A stretch of DNA of 64,000 nt from an uncultured Mycoplasmatota bacterium (GCA_947652325.1 CANTCQ010000003.1:64890-128889), one strand, 5' to 3'. Positions 50,538-62,250 are shown, numbered from the stretch's first letter. Notes: generated by a model from the letters alone, not told the origin. Numbers and translations: made by a program.

Positions 50538-51182
50538 ATGGAATTAGTTACAATTATTTTAAGAACAACTTTTTTTTACTTTTTTATTGTTCTTGCTTAT
50601 CGCATTATGGGAAAAAGAGAAATTGGGCAGTTGGGAATTATTGATTTAATTGTTTCTATTTTAATTGCAGAACTTGTTGCTATTAGTATTGAAAATATAG
50701 ATGACTCTATCTTTTTTACTATTATTCCCATCATTTTATTAGTAGTATTAGAATTAACCTTAGCTTTCATTAGCATAAAATCAAGAACATTTCGAACACT
50801 TTTTGGAGGAAAGCCTTCATTAATTATCGTAAATGGAAATGTAAACTATAAAGAGATGGTACGTCAACGGTACAGTATGGACGATTTGCTTCTAAGTCTT
50901 CGTCAAAACTCTATTAAAAGCATTGATGAAATTGAATATGCATTTTTAGAACCAAATGGTAAGCTTTCTATCTTTAAATATAATCCTTTCCATACCAAAA
51001 GTAATTATCCTATGCCGATTATTGTAGATGGAGAAATTCAAGAAAAAGCCTTAAATTATATAAAAAAGGACAAACAATGGTTAGAAGAAAATTTAAGAAA
51101 AAAACATTTAAAAGTGGAAGATGTTTTCTATGCATTTCATAAAAAAAGTAAAATTTTTCTAATTAAGAAAAGTAATTTATAA
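50538..51182 (+). CDS. DUF421 (YetF-like) membrane protein
   Basis: Contains RIMGKREIGQLGIIDLIVSILIAELVA and a C-terminal soluble domain. The start is set after the SD ggaaggtga. Confidence 0.7.
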   Translation: MELVTIILRTTFFYFFIVLAYRIMGKREIGQLGIIDLIVSILIAELVAISIENIDDSIFFTIIPIILLVVLELTLAFISIKSRTFRTLFGGKPSLIIVNGNVNYKEMVRQRYSMDDLLLSLRQNSIKSIDEIEYAFLEPNGKLSIFKYNPFHTKSNYPMPIIVDGEIQEKALNYIKKDKQWLEENLRKKHLKVEDVFYAFHKKSKIFLIKKSNL

Positions 51183-51228
51183 CGAGGAGCTTTTATTATG
51201 TTATAATAAACAAAATAAGGTGATTCTT

Positions 51229-51690
51229 ATGAATAAAATAAAAATGAAAAAAAGTATTTTACTCTTTTCTTTAATACTTGGATTTTCAATAATACTACTT
51301 CTTGTTTTTCTCTTGTTATTATTTCATTTAAATCAAATAAGAAATAAGCATATTTTCTCAAACTTACAAAAAGATAGTTCTTACGAAATAATAGTAAATA
51401 AAAAGAGCAATTGTGAAAATACAAAATATAATTTAGGAAAAACAAAAACTCAAGAATACTTTGGATATTGCATTTCGAACGTTTATGTTTTTTATAAAGG
51501 AAGTAAAATAACATTACAAGAATCATTACAAAAGAAATATATAACTTTAGAAGATATTATAATGAAAATGACAAAATTAGAAAAAAAGAATGGATTTTTG
51601 TTTTATTCCCATGCTGATGAGATGTTTTCTATGACAATTATTCCAACCTATGGTGAACAAAAGGAAATTATATTTAGCCCATTGAATTAA
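51229..51690 (+). CDS. membrane-anchored hypothetical protein
   Basis: Signal anchor (ILLFSLILGFSIILLLVFLLL). The start is at the ATG after the SD aaggtga. Confidence 0.5.
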   Translation: MNKIKMKKSILLFSLILGFSIILLLVFLLLLFHLNQIRNKHIFSNLQKDSSYEIIVNKKSNCENTKYNLGKTKTQEYFGYCISNVYVFYKGSKITLQESLQKKYITLEDIIMKMTKLEKKNGFLFYSHADEMFSMTIIPTYGEQKEIIFSPLN

Positions 51691-51753
51691 AATTTTTCTT
51701 TCCTTTTCAAAAGAAATTTGCTACTATATCTAAAAACGAAAAGGAAAAAAGAG

Positions 51754-52404
51754 ATGTCAAAAAGTTTATATGAATTATTACTATTAATAGATGCTTCTGA
51801 AGAAGCTAGAGAATTGGCAAATGTTTCTAGAAGACAAGAAAGAAAAAAATATTATTTAAATTTACAAAAAGAGATTTTAGATTTGATACAATGTGCCACT
51901 TTGCATATTGATATTTCAATTGGAAATCCAGTTGAGTTTTATAATAATATAGCCAGTTATTTTAAAAAAAAGAAAAAAGAGGAAATAATACCTTTAGAAA
52001 AATTAATATTGAATGAAGATTTTGCCGAAAAAATAATAAAAAAATGTCAAGATTTTGATGAGTTACTTAGTAATAACACAGAAAAGAAAAATTATGCCAA
52101 AGAAGTATTAAAAAATCCTTTATTTATAAGAATTGTAGGAGAAAGAGCAGAAGAAGACAAAGAAGAACTTGAAAGAAAGATAGAAGCAAAAATAAATATT
52201 AAAACAGTTGGAAAAGACGTTTATGACCTTACAAATACTTCTGATGATTGGAAAAATAAAATAGAACTTTTACGAAAAAAAGAAAAAATTACGGAGGCAA
52301 AATATAATAAATATATGATACAAATAAACTATTTAATAAGTTACTATTTTAGTTGTAAAAAAGGTGAACAAGAAAAGTTAGTCAAAAGAATTAAAGAAAA
52401 ATAG
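51754..52404 (+). CDS. hypothetical protein
   Basis: ~216-aa K/E-rich ORF. The start is set at the Met after aaaaggaaaaaagag. Confidence 0.45.
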   Translation: MSKSLYELLLLIDASEEARELANVSRRQERKKYYLNLQKEILDLIQCATLHIDISIGNPVEFYNNIASYFKKKKKEEIIPLEKLILNEDFAEKIIKKCQDFDELLSNNTEKKNYAKEVLKNPLFIRIVGERAEEDKEELERKIEAKINIKTVGKDVYDLTNTSDDWKNKIELLRKKEKITEAKYNKYMIQINYLISYYFSCKKGEQEKLVKRIKEK

Positions 52405-52423
52405 GAAGCAAAAGTAATGTTTT

Positions 52424-53716
52424 TTATGAAGACATTACCTTTTTTATTTTGTATAAATTAGTACCAACCACAAAAATAATATTAACAATCTCTGAAATAA
52501 TAAGTCCATAAATACCAATTTGTAAAAAAGAAAAAACAGCTAAAACAATATTTTTAATGATGACCCCAATAAAAGTTATTTTCATTGTATATTTGGCAAG
52601 ACCAAGTCCTTGCAAAGTACTTATTAAAGGACTTTCTAAATAAAAAAGAACAAAAAAAGGAGATAGAACTTTAATATAATCAGCACCATTTACTGTCTTA
52701 TAAAGGGTCCACAACAATGGCTTACGAAAGAAAAAAATGGGGAAAGTAAAAAAAACGCCCAAAAGAAAAGAAAAAAGAAAAGCTTGCTTAAATCGTCTTC
52801 TTACCATTTCCATATTTCTTTTTTGAAAAAATTTACTGATTTCTGGAATCAAAGCATTAGATATGGCACCAACAAAAAAAGAAGGCATAGTAAGAAGAGC
52901 AATCGAATAGGCATTATAGGCTCCATACTCCATTAAAATAAATTCACTGGAATATCCAACATAAAGTAAAATATTTGTGAGAAGAATCGGTTCAAGAAAA
53001 AAACCAATATTTCCAATAAAACGAGAGGAAACAGTGGGAATACTTACCCCTAATACTTCTCGAATGGTTTTCATGTCTGGTCTTATATCATTTTTACAAA
53101 TCATTACTTTTTTAGGAAGAAAAAATAAAAACACAACTACAGAAAATAACTCCGATACAATATTAAATAAAATAAAAGCTGTGACCCCAACTAAAACTCC
53201 CTTTTCCATAAAATGAGGCAAGAAAAAAAGAATTAATAACAGACGAAGTACTTGTTCAAGTGCATTAGATAACGCATAGGGAAAACTTCTTTGTTTACCA
53301 AAAAAATACCCCTTTACAATAGAAGAAATACTAATAAAAGGCAAGGTAAGCGTACAAGCAAGCAATAAAATAGTAACATTTTTATTTTTTAGTAAATGCG
53401 TAGCAAGAAAAGAACTTGAAATAAACATAATTCCCATCAAAATTACATTCACTAAAATAATAATCACTATGGAAGAAAAAATAATTTTTAAACTTGGATA
53501 TTTTTCTTCTGCTACCAATTTAGAAATAGCAAGAGGAAGAGCAAGAGTGGCAATGGTAATAAGCAAAGAATATGTAGGCATAATTAAAGAGTGCAAACTA
53601 ACGCCTTCTTCTAAAATAATACGTGTATATACAATTTTAATGATAAAACCTAAAAATTTGGTGACAAATCCTCCCAAAATAAGTACAAGCGTCGAAGTAA
53701 CAAATTTATTTTTCAT
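52424..53716 (-). CDS. spoVB: SpoVB / MOP-superfamily polysaccharide-lipid II flippase
   Basis: Polytopic, ~430 aa, starting MKNKFVTSTLVLILGGFVTKFLGFIIKIVYTRI. The minus-strand position near comN and relA matches B. subtilis. The track's 62-codon upstream extension is rejected. Confidence 0.75.
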   Translation of the reverse strand: MKNKFVTSTLVLILGGFVTKFLGFIIKIVYTRIILEEGVSLHSLIMPTYSLLITIATLALPLAISKLVAEEKYPSLKIIFSSIVIIILVNVILMGIMFISSSFLATHLLKNKNVTILLLACTLTLPFISISSIVKGYFFGKQRSFPYALSNALEQVLRLLLILFFLPHFMEKGVLVGVTAFILFNIVSELFSVVVFLFFLPKKVMICKNDIRPDMKTIREVLGVSIPTVSSRFIGNIGFFLEPILLTNILLYVGYSSEFILMEYGAYNAYSIALLTMPSFFVGAISNALIPEISKFFQKRNMEMVRRRFKQAFLFSFLLGVFFTFPIFFFRKPLLWTLYKTVNGADYIKVLSPFFVLFYLESPLISTLQGLGLAKYTMKITFIGVIIKNIVLAVFSFLQIGIYGLIISEIVNIIFVVGTNLYKIKKVMSS

Positions 53717-53783
53717 TCTATCCACACCTTTAAAAATATAAAAAAATGCTTTATAATAAATATATGAAAATGGAGGAAGATTT

Positions 53784-54032
53784 ATGGTAGAAGAAAATAT
53801 TAATACAATGGCAGATTTATACAAAAGAGTTCTTCCCGCCTTGCGTTCCAAAAAAAAGGAGCTCCATTTAAAAAATATTTTTTCTGCAAATGAAAAAAAC
53901 ATATGGAATTGTTTGCGAAAAAAGAAATGGAATAAAACAGGAGATTTGACTCTTTTTGATATTGTAAGTGATATTTTAAATTTAAAAGAAGAAGATTTTT
54001 TAATTTTTATAAAACAAGAAGAAAGAAGATAA
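53784..54032 (+). CDS. comN: ComN/YrzD-like post-transcriptional regulator
   Basis: 82 aa. The IWNCLRKKKWNK...LFDIVSDILNL pattern and the position next to spoVB match B. subtilis comN. Confidence 0.55.
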   Translation: MVEENINTMADLYKRVLPALRSKKKELHLKNIFSANEKNIWNCLRKKKWNKTGDLTLFDIVSDILNLKEEDFLIFIKQEERR

Positions 54033-54035
54033 GAA

Positions 54036-56171
54036 ATGAATCAGTTAGAAATAATAGAAAAAATAAGTAAAAATTTTACTGAAGATGAACAAAACGAAAT
54101 ACAAAAAGCATACAAGTTTGCTTATGAAAAACATAAAGGCAAAGTAAGACTAACAAACGAAGAATATATTATGCATCCTTTACATGTTGCTTTAATATTA
54201 AGCGATTTAAATGTAGATAAAGCGACAATTATAGGTGCCTTATTACATGAAACAATAAACAATGGAGATACCTTAGAAAATGAATTAGAAGAAAACTTTG
54301 GTACAGAAATAGCGCATATTGTGAGAAGTATTAGTACAATTAATAAATTAGAACTGCCAGACAACAAAGAATCTTCTGCTATCTATTTACGAAAAGTCTT
54401 AGTTGGACTTGCCGAAGATGTACGTGTACTTTTTATAAAATTAGCAGACCGCTTGCATAACATGCGTACCATTTGGGCAGTTAATCCTGAAAAACAAAAA
54501 AGAAAAGCCAATGAAACCATGACTGTTCTAATTCCAATTGCTCACCGTCTAGGGATATATTCCATTAAAAGCGAACTAGAAGACCTTTGTTTAAGATATA
54601 CAAAACCAGAAGTATATGAAGATATTTTAAGACAATTAAATGCCTCAATAGATGAACTAGAAGATGTTTTAGAAACCATGCAAGACAGTATTTCCAACAT
54701 GTTAGTAGAAAATGACTTAAAGTTTCACATCAAAAGTCGTGTCAAAAGTGTTTATAGCATTTATAAGAAATTATCCAAAGGAAAAAAATGGAGCGAAATT
54801 TATGATATTCTTGCCTTACGCCTTATCATGGAAAAAGAAAGTGATTGTTACTTAGCTATTGGTTTAATTCACTCCAAATTTCATCCATTGCCTAAACGCT
54901 TTAAAGACTATATCGCCATGCCTAAAGAAAATATGTACCAATCTTTACATACGGGAGTATTTGGAATCGATGGCAATATCTTTGAAGTACAAGTAAGAAC
55001 CAATGAAATGGATGAAATTGCTGAAAAAGGAATTGCTTCTCACTGGTCATACAAAGAAAAAGGAACCAAAAAAATTCAAAGTATGATGGAACAAAAACTA
55101 GAAATTTTTAGAAATATGATTGAAACCTATAAAGAAAGTGATAATGCTCTTGATTTTGCAGCCAATATTAATGATGATATTTTAGGAGATTTAATTTATG
55201 TATTTACGCCAAAAGGTGATGTTGTAGAACTTCCAAAAGATGCAACTCCAATTGACTTTGCTTATCGCATTCACTCAAAAGTAGGTGATACAACCATTGG
55301 AGCCATTGTAAACGAAGAAATTGTTCCCCTTTCTTACAAACTACAAGACGGCGATGTTATAAAAATCAATACCAACAAAAATTCAACCCCATCAGAAGAA
55401 TGGTTAAATTTTGTAAAAACAACCGGAGCCAAAAGTAAAATAAAGGCATATTTTAACAAACAAGACCGTGCTGATTACATCGAGAATGGAAAAAATATTT
55501 TAGAAAAAGAATTACGAAAGCAAAAATTAAGTTTTGCAGAAATCTTTTCTCCCGAAAAAATAGAAAAAATATGCAACGATTTAAAACTAAACGATTTAGA
55601 AGAAATATACCTAGCCATCGGTTCATTTAGATATACCGCTGGATTCATTATAAAGCTAACAACAGAAGAAAAACACGATGTTACAGATGCCTTAATTGAA
55701 AAAGTCCGAAATAAAAATAAGAACATTCCTAAATTAGACAATAAAAATGATATTGTAGTAGGAGAACACAATGATATATTAGTCACTTTAGCCAAATGCT
55801 GTAAACCAGTAAAAGGAGATAATATCATCGGCTATATCACCAAAGGTGAAGGAATAACCGTCCATAAAACAGACTGTCCCAATATAAAAGAGAAAGAAGA
55901 GCGATTAATTGGAGTTACTTGGAGTGAAAATGTAGACAATGACTACTACACAGACATCTATATTGAAGCATTAAACGATAAAAATTATGTAACAGACATC
56001 ATTAATAAAGCAAGTACCAAAAATATTAGTGTTGTATCGCTAACAACAAATGAATCTGCAGAGTATACAACTTACAATTTAACAATCAAAGTAAAGAATG
56101 CCACAGAATTAAATGATTTTCTAAACAGTTTATATAGCCTTTCCTTTATCAAGAAAGCAGGGAAAAAATAA
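54036..56171 (+). CDS. relA: bifunctional (p)ppGpp synthetase/hydrolase RelA/SpoT homologue
   Basis: 711 aa with an HD hydrolase domain (HPLHVALIL...DRLHNMRT), a synthetase domain (YKSLHT-like QSLHTGV, EVQVRT), a TGS domain and a C-terminal ACT domain. Confidence 0.96.
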   Translation: MNQLEIIEKISKNFTEDEQNEIQKAYKFAYEKHKGKVRLTNEEYIMHPLHVALILSDLNVDKATIIGALLHETINNGDTLENELEENFGTEIAHIVRSISTINKLELPDNKESSAIYLRKVLVGLAEDVRVLFIKLADRLHNMRTIWAVNPEKQKRKANETMTVLIPIAHRLGIYSIKSELEDLCLRYTKPEVYEDILRQLNASIDELEDVLETMQDSISNMLVENDLKFHIKSRVKSVYSIYKKLSKGKKWSEIYDILALRLIMEKESDCYLAIGLIHSKFHPLPKRFKDYIAMPKENMYQSLHTGVFGIDGNIFEVQVRTNEMDEIAEKGIASHWSYKEKGTKKIQSMMEQKLEIFRNMIETYKESDNALDFAANINDDILGDLIYVFTPKGDVVELPKDATPIDFAYRIHSKVGDTTIGAIVNEEIVPLSYKLQDGDVIKINTNKNSTPSEEWLNFVKTTGAKSKIKAYFNKQDRADYIENGKNILEKELRKQKLSFAEIFSPEKIEKICNDLKLNDLEEIYLAIGSFRYTAGFIIKLTTEEKHDVTDALIEKVRNKNKNIPKLDNKNDIVVGEHNDILVTLAKCCKPVKGDNIIGYITKGEGITVHKTDCPNIKEKEERLIGVTWSENVDNDYYTDIYIEALNDKNYVTDIINKASTKNISVVSLTTNESAEYTTYNLTIKVKNATELNDFLNSLYSLSFIKKAGKK

Positions 56172-56614
56172 TGCGTGTTGTAATACAAAGAGTAAAAAAA
56201 GCAAGTGTTAGTATAGAAAACAAAGAAGTAGGAAAGATAACCAAAGGAATGTGTATTTTAGTGGGTTTTACAGAAGAAGATAACGAAAATGATATTGACT
56301 ATATAGTAAAAAAGGTAATTAATCTTCGCATATTTGATGATGAAAAAGGGATTATGAATCAAAGTATTTTGGATACAAAAGGAAATATTTTATCCGTTAG
56401 TCAATTTACCCTTTATGCAGACACAAAAAAAGGGAACAGACCTTCCTATATAAAAGCGATGAAAGGAGATAAAGCTAGCAAATTATATGAGTTATTCAAC
56501 CAAAAATTAAAAGAACATCTAAAAGTACAAAATGGCATTTTTGGAGCTAATATGCTGGTATCTATAGAAAACGATGGACCTGTTACTATAATAATAGATT
56601 CAAAGGAGAAATGA
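56171..56614 (+). CDS. dtd: D-aminoacyl-tRNA deacylase
   Basis: Contains [24 protein letters not shown] and NDGPVT. Its start overlaps the relA stop. Confidence 0.95.
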   Translation: MRVVIQRVKKASVSIENKEVGKITKGMCILVGFTEEDNENDIDYIVKKVINLRIFDDEKGIMNQSILDTKGNILSVSQFTLYADTKKGNRPSYIKAMKGDKASKLYELFNQKLKEHLKVQNGIFGANMLVSIENDGPVTIIIDSKEK

Positions 56615-56905
56615 ACAAATGGAAACAAAAATGCTATGAATAATCCCTAAGATAGATAATTAATAGTCCTTACCATGAAAATCCCTCTTATATCTACACG
56701 TGTTACAAAGAAGGAAAAATAAATTTCTTAAGTATGCAACAAATCCAGAAAAAGGAGAACTGACATTATCTAGAAGAACATATTATTAAAGTTAACTAGT
56801 AAAACATTATCATAAATTAATCAGATAGAAATGAAAACGCGTTATAGTTTTGTTGACAATAATTGTAAAATATTGTATAACATATTGTCATGAAAGAGGT
56901 TTATT

Positions 56906-57730
56906 ATGAAATCAAATTATTTAAGAAGAAAACAATTATTCTTTACTGCACTAGCTAGTACAACTATGCTTTCCCTATTTGGATGTAGTAATAAAGAGTT
57001 AAGTAGCAGTAACAACAGCAATATTGATATTCTTGATACAACTTTGTCTAACGAAGATATGAATGGAAGCTTAACTCTTTCACAAGAGGAAGAAGTTAAT
57101 GAAGAAAGTTTTAAACTCTTAATTGATTATAGTAGTGAAAATGGAAAAGATTGGCGGGTTACTGATACAAAATATCTTTATATAAGCATTAAAACAAAAG
57201 ATTTGCCCGAAAATAAAGAGGTTTACATTGATAACATTCATACTGATACTTTTATTGTTTCAACCAATGCTCATTTTGATGGAATTATTCAAGATACTAT
57301 GGATGATAGAGTTCACAATGCAATGATGTTAGGATTTCCAATCTCAAATGACAATAGTTATTATGGCTGTAATATAATAGAAGGACAAAACTCCGAATTT
57401 ATGGAAGGATGGAGTTATGGAATAAACGGAAATAATAATGGTTCATTTGCCACCAAAAGACATTTAGAATCAGACTTTTTAAGTAGTGGTGTTTATGCTA
57501 ATCGTATTGCAAGTGTTATTGATTTGATTATAGTAAATAAAGATACTAATGAGATGAGACCAGTTAGTGTCCCTACTGAAATATTGGTTCGTGTAAATAA
57601 TAGAATTACTTTTCTAGAAGAAAGAGATAAGGAAGAAGTATATGTTACATACGAATATGATATGTATGGTAATAAAATGGAAATTGAAGTAATGCCAAAA
57701 GGAATAGAGAGAAAAAGAGAATTAGATTAA
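56906..57730 (+). CDS. lipoprotein, unknown function
   Basis: Signal peptide with the lipobox LSLFGC, and its own TTGACA-N17-TATAAC promoter. Confidence 0.65.
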   Translation: MKSNYLRRKQLFFTALASTTMLSLFGCSNKELSSSNNSNIDILDTTLSNEDMNGSLTLSQEEEVNEESFKLLIDYSSENGKDWRVTDTKYLYISIKTKDLPENKEVYIDNIHTDTFIVSTNAHFDGIIQDTMDDRVHNAMMLGFPISNDNSYYGCNIIEGQNSEFMEGWSYGINGNNNGSFATKRHLESDFLSSGVYANRIASVIDLIIVNKDTNEMRPVSVPTEILVRVNNRITFLEERDKEEVYVTYEYDMYGNKMEIEVMPKGIERKRELD

Positions 57731-57870
57731 AAACTTTGAAAAATATATGTTAAAATGCACTTTTAATACAATTATGAATTTATTCGTGTTATTAAAATAG
57801 AGAATACAAATCTATTTTTTCACGAATTTTTTTATCTATGCTATAATACTAGTAAAGGTTGTGATGTATA

Positions 57871-59232
57871 ATGATAAATTTGAAAACAGATTCTAGAAAG
57901 GTAGAAAAAGGAGATACATTTATAGCCATCCGAAACGTAAACCGAGATGGACATAATTATATAGAGGAAGCTATTAAAAATGGTGCTACAAAAATTATTT
58001 GTGAAGAGGGAACCTATCCTGTAGAAATCGAAATTGTTAAAGATACAAGAGCCTATTTAGACGAATACCTATATACCCATTATTATTCGGAAATTAAAGA
58101 GATGAATTTAATCGGCGTAACGGGAACAAATGGAAAAACAACGACTTGTTTTCTAATTTACCAAATGTTAAAAAAACTAGGAAAAAATCCAGCTTATATT
58201 GGAACAATAGGTTTTTATTACCAAGACACGAAAAAAGAATTAAACAATACTACTCCTGATACAGATTTATTATACGAAATGCTTTTAGAAGCTAAAGATG
58301 CTGGCTGCGATACTGTTGTAATGGAAGTTAGTAGTCACGCCCTAGATAAAAATCGAATTTATGGACTTTCTTTTGATGAAGTGGGCTTTACCAATTTAAC
58401 GCAAGACCACTTGGATTATCATGAAACAATGGACAACTATTGTGAAGCCAAGAAAAAATTATTTACACTTACTAGAAATAATAAGATTGCTGTAATTAAT
58501 AGTGATGATGATTATGCTAAAAACTTTATCCTACCAGAAAATGAAAATATCACCCTTTCTATTGATAATGGCAATGTAATTATTACAAATATGGATTTTT
58601 CGCATACAAATACCAAAATAAAATTTACTTACGAAGATAAAGAATATACGACTTTTATAAATATGGTAGGAAGATACAATATTTACAATTTCCTAACAGC
58701 TGTATTTTTAGTATATAAACTTGGTTTTTCTTTAGAAGAAATTTTAAATATAACTGATACTCTAAATGCTCCAGCAGGAAGAATGGAGAGTATTGCTTAT
58801 AAAACAAACAACATATTTATTGATTATGCTCATACGCCAGATGCAGTCATAAATGTACTAAAAAGTGCAGAAGAATACAAAAAAGGAAAAGTTATTACGA
58901 TTATTGGCTGTGGGGGAGACCGAGACCGTAAAAAACGGCCAATAATGGGGCGTGCTGCAGAAGAAAATTCAGATTACGTGATTTTCACAAATGATAATCC
59001 AAGAACAGAAGATGAACAACAAATTATGAACGACATAATAAAAGGGATAAACAAAAACAATCACGAAATCATTTTTGACCGAAAAGAAGCGATTAAAAAA
59101 GGAATTTCTTTACTAAAGGAAAATGATATACTCATGATTTTAGGAAAAGGTCATGAAGATTATCAAATTATTGGGAAAGAAAAACAACATTTCAGTGATA
59201 AAGAAATAGTGCTAGAAACCATTAGCATTTAA
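57871..59232 (+). CDS. murE: UDP-N-acetylmuramoyl-tripeptide synthetase MurE
   Basis: Contains GVTGTNGKTT. The DNPR motif (TNDNPRTED) is typical of meso-DAP-adding enzymes. Confidence 0.93.
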   Translation: MINLKTDSRKVEKGDTFIAIRNVNRDGHNYIEEAIKNGATKIICEEGTYPVEIEIVKDTRAYLDEYLYTHYYSEIKEMNLIGVTGTNGKTTTCFLIYQMLKKLGKNPAYIGTIGFYYQDTKKELNNTTPDTDLLYEMLLEAKDAGCDTVVMEVSSHALDKNRIYGLSFDEVGFTNLTQDHLDYHETMDNYCEAKKKLFTLTRNNKIAVINSDDDYAKNFILPENENITLSIDNGNVIITNMDFSHTNTKIKFTYEDKEYTTFINMVGRYNIYNFLTAVFLVYKLGFSLEEILNITDTLNAPAGRMESIAYKTNNIFIDYAHTPDAVINVLKSAEEYKKGKVITIIGCGGDRDRKKRPIMGRAAEENSDYVIFTNDNPRTEDEQQIMNDIIKGINKNNHEIIFDRKEAIKKGISLLKENDILMILGKGHEDYQIIGKEKQHFSDKEIVLETISI

Positions 59233-59268
59233 AAATATCTACTTATTTAGAGTAGATATTTTCTTTTT
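59232..59268 (+). terminator. rho-independent terminator
   Basis: aaatatctac / gtagatattt perfect 10-bp stem followed by a T-rich run. Confidence 0.85.
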
Positions 59269-59311
59269 TCTAAAAGAGAAAAATGATACAATAAAAACAA
59301 GGAGAAAACTT

Positions 59312-61213
59312 ATGAAATACACTATAAAAAACGCAGCAATTTCTTTAAATGGAGAACCTATTCTTACAGATATCAATTTTGAAATAACAGATACATCTCA
59401 CATCGCTATTGTGGGGCGTAATGGTGCAGGAAAAACCACTCTTTTAAATGCATTGATTCATAATGAAATGTTAGAAGAAGGGTTTTTGGAGGAAAAATTT
59501 GAAATCCATAAAATAGGCACATGTACGATTGGATACTTAGAGCAAATTACATTTAACGATGAAAAAAGAACACTTATAGAGGAAATCAAAAAATGCTATC
59601 CAGAACTTTTAGAGTTAGAACAAAAGTTAGAAAAATTAGTAAAAAAATTAGAAGAAAATTCTTCTGAAAAAACAATTGGTGAATACACAACTGCTTTAGA
59701 TAGATTTGAACTTTTAGGAGGATATTCTTATCAAAAAGAATACGAAATTATGCTTAAAAAATTTGGATTTAGTGAAAGTGATAAGGAAAAAAGTATTTCT
59801 TCTTTTTCAGGTGGAGAGCGTACTAAAATTGCCTTTTTAAAACTACTTTTAGGTAAACAAGATATTTTATTATTGGATGAACCAACTAACCACTTGGACA
59901 TTAAAGCGATTGAATGGTTGGAAAATTATTTAAAAGACTATAAAAAAGCTTTCATTATTGTCTCACATGACCGCATGTTTTTAAATAATACCGTAAATAC
60001 TATATATGATATTTCCTATAAAAAAGTAACAAAATATATAGGAAATTATGAAGTATATGAAAAACAAAAGAAAGAAAATTATGAAAAAACTTTAAAAGAT
60101 TACGAACGACAACAAAAAGAAATAGAAAGATTAAATGCTTTATATGAAAAGTTTAGAGCAAAACCAACCAAAGCAAAAATGGCATTAGCAAAGCTTCATA
60201 TGATAGAACGAATGGATAAAATAGAGCGGCCCTTAAAAACAAATGAAAAAACATTTAAAACAAATCTTAACAAAATGCAACCAAGTGGAAAAAATGTACT
60301 TTCTTTAAAAGACTTAGAAGTGGGATACGACCATACCTTAGCTAAATTTTCTTTAGAAATAATGCAAGGTCAAAAAATTGGGGTTATCGGCGCAAATGGC
60401 ACTGGAAAATCGACTCTTTTAAAAACATTAGCAGGTCTAATAAAACCAATCAAAGGACATATCTCTTTTGGATACCATGTACATATTGGATATTTTGACC
60501 AAAACTTAGAAATGATAAACAATGAACACACACTTTTAGAAGAATTTAAAGCATCTTTTCCCGAATGTTTAGAAAGTGATGCTAGAAGTGCACTGGGCGC
60601 ATTTTTATTTAGTGGAAATGATGTTGCTAAAAAAATAAATGTTTTATCTGGTGGGGAAAAAGTACGTTTGCAATTATGTAAAATTCTTTACCAAAAACCA
60701 AATTTTCTAATTTTAGATGAACCTACCAATCATTTAGATTTAATAGGAAAGCAACAACTTGAATCCATTCTTACGGATTATAAAGGAACCATTCTTTTTG
60801 TTTCTCATGATAGATACTTTGTAAAAAAAATTGCTTCTGCTTTAATCGTATTTGATGATTTTGGAGCTAAATTCTATCCGTATGACTATGAAACTTATAA
60901 AGAAAAAGAAAAATCTTTAGAAAAACAAAGCCACATAGAATTACAAATTATTCCAACAAAACAAAAGAAAAATATAACAAACCATACAAGCGATTATAAA
61001 AAAGAACTTGCAAAAATAGATAAAGAAATAACAAAATTAGAAGGTGAAAAAAAGAAATGGGAGAAAGAATTATACAAAGAAGAAAATTATACCGATTACC
61101 AAAAGATAAATGATTTACAACAACATATCGAAGAAGTTGAGAAAAAACTATCTTCTTTGGAAAAAAAATGGGAAGAAACTGCAAAAAAATTAGAAGAAAA
61201 GAATATGCTATAA
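59312..61213 (+). CDS. ABC-F family ATPase (Uup/YdiF-like, two ABC domains, coiled C-terminal tail)
   Basis: Two Walker A sites (GRNGAGKTT, GANGTGKST), two LSGGE signatures and no TM domain. Confidence 0.92.
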   Translation: MKYTIKNAAISLNGEPILTDINFEITDTSHIAIVGRNGAGKTTLLNALIHNEMLEEGFLEEKFEIHKIGTCTIGYLEQITFNDEKRTLIEEIKKCYPELLELEQKLEKLVKKLEENSSEKTIGEYTTALDRFELLGGYSYQKEYEIMLKKFGFSESDKEKSISSFSGGERTKIAFLKLLLGKQDILLLDEPTNHLDIKAIEWLENYLKDYKKAFIIVSHDRMFLNNTVNTIYDISYKKVTKYIGNYEVYEKQKKENYEKTLKDYERQQKEIERLNALYEKFRAKPTKAKMALAKLHMIERMDKIERPLKTNEKTFKTNLNKMQPSGKNVLSLKDLEVGYDHTLAKFSLEIMQGQKIGVIGANGTGKSTLLKTLAGLIKPIKGHISFGYHVHIGYFDQNLEMINNEHTLLEEFKASFPECLESDARSALGAFLFSGNDVAKKINVLSGGEKVRLQLCKILYQKPNFLILDEPTNHLDLIGKQQLESILTDYKGTILFVSHDRYFVKKIASALIVFDDFGAKFYPYDYETYKEKEKSLEKQSHIELQIIPTKQKKNITNHTSDYKKELAKIDKEITKLEGEKKKWEKELYKEENYTDYQKINDLQQHIEEVEKKLSSLEKKWEETAKKLEEKNML

Positions 61214-61327
61214 TCAAGTTAAAAAGAAGGCATAATAATTGATAAGAAAACATTTTTTGAAAAATCTAATAATCTTTTACAAAATAAATGATATACATTA
61301 TTTAAAAAAGTGGATGTACGTTAATTC

Positions 61328-61342
61328 AACCAACGGTTGGTT
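61328..61342. promoter_or_regulatory. GC-rich palindrome AACCAAC-G-GTTGGTT, candidate operator
   Basis: Perfect 7-bp arms, abutting a -35-like TTTACT about 50 nt upstream of the XRE-family gene. Confidence 0.4.
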
Positions 61343-61392
61343 TACTTTAAGGAAAAAGTGTAATCATAATAAATTTAGAAGGAGTAAAAGAA

Positions 61393-62250
61393 ATGAAAAA
61401 TCAAAAAATGGGAGAATTTATAGCTAATTTGAGAAAAGAAAAAGAAATGACACAAAAAACTTTAGCAGAAAAATTATACGTAACAGACCGCGCTGTAAGC
61501 AAATGGGAAAGAGGATTAAATTATCCAGATATAACACTTTTAGAAAAACTAAGTGAAATATTAGAAATAAGTGTAAACGAATTATTAAATGGTGAAAAAA
61601 TAAACGATTTAACACGAGAAAAAGCTGATGATGTTTTAAAAACAGGAATAAAAGCTTATAAAAAACAAACAGAAAAAAAATTACATAAAAAAATTGGATT
61701 AGGCATAGGTATTTTTCTTATTTTAAGCACAATTTTTTTAGTAGTTGTAAGTGAATTAAATTATGGAGAAGTTTCTTTAGGTATCATAAAATTTACTTTT
61801 CCCAATATAAGTATGCATGCTACAAGAAAAAAAACAGATAAATTCATGAAGGCACTAAAAGAACAAGATTATGAAACATTAGAAAAAATAGTAAGTCCTC
61901 AAAAAGGAACATATAAGATGCTTTTAAAAAATACTTCAAACGAAGAATCCAGAAAATTATATCAAGAATTAATCGAGAAAAGTTATCATGAATTATTAGA
62001 AGAATTTTATGAAGAAGTAGAAATTATAAATTATAAACGAGAAATGGTTTATTATAATGGAAATAACTATGCCGTTAGTTATAACATAAAAATTAAAATA
62101 GAAAACGAAGAATTAATAATTCTTCCTACTTTAATAGGACACCAAGAAAATATAACACTTAGTTCCTTTGGTTGGAAAGATACTTGCAATGATTTTATAA
62201 ACAAAAATCCAGAAACTTGGAATACAATCAAAAAGATTTTTATGTACTAA
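61393..62250 (+). CDS. XRE-family HTH regulator with transmembrane segment and extracytoplasmic domain
   Basis: HTH_3 pattern (MTQKTLAEKLYVTDRAVSKWERGLNYPDITLLEKLSEIL) followed by the TM segment IGLGIGIFLILSTIFLVVV. Confidence 0.85.
   Translation: MKNQKMGEFIANLRKEKEMTQKTLAEKLYVTDRAVSKWERGLNYPDITLLEKLSEILEISVNELLNGEKINDLTREKADDVLKTGIKAYKKQTEKKLHKKIGLGIGIFLILSTIFLVVVSELNYGEVSLGIIKFTFPNISMHATRKKTDKFMKALKEQDYETLEKIVSPQKGTYKMLLKNTSNEESRKLYQELIEKSYHELLEEFYEEVEIINYKREMVYYNGNNYAVSYNIKIKIENEELIILPTLIGHQENITLSSFGWKDTCNDFINKNPETWNTIKKIFMY

Noticed and set aside
61239-61427. 62-aa ORF upstream of and overlapping the XRE regulator gene.
   Set aside because: It covers the regulator's promoter, operator and start codon. 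Its composition is basic and low-complexity, and it has no SD.
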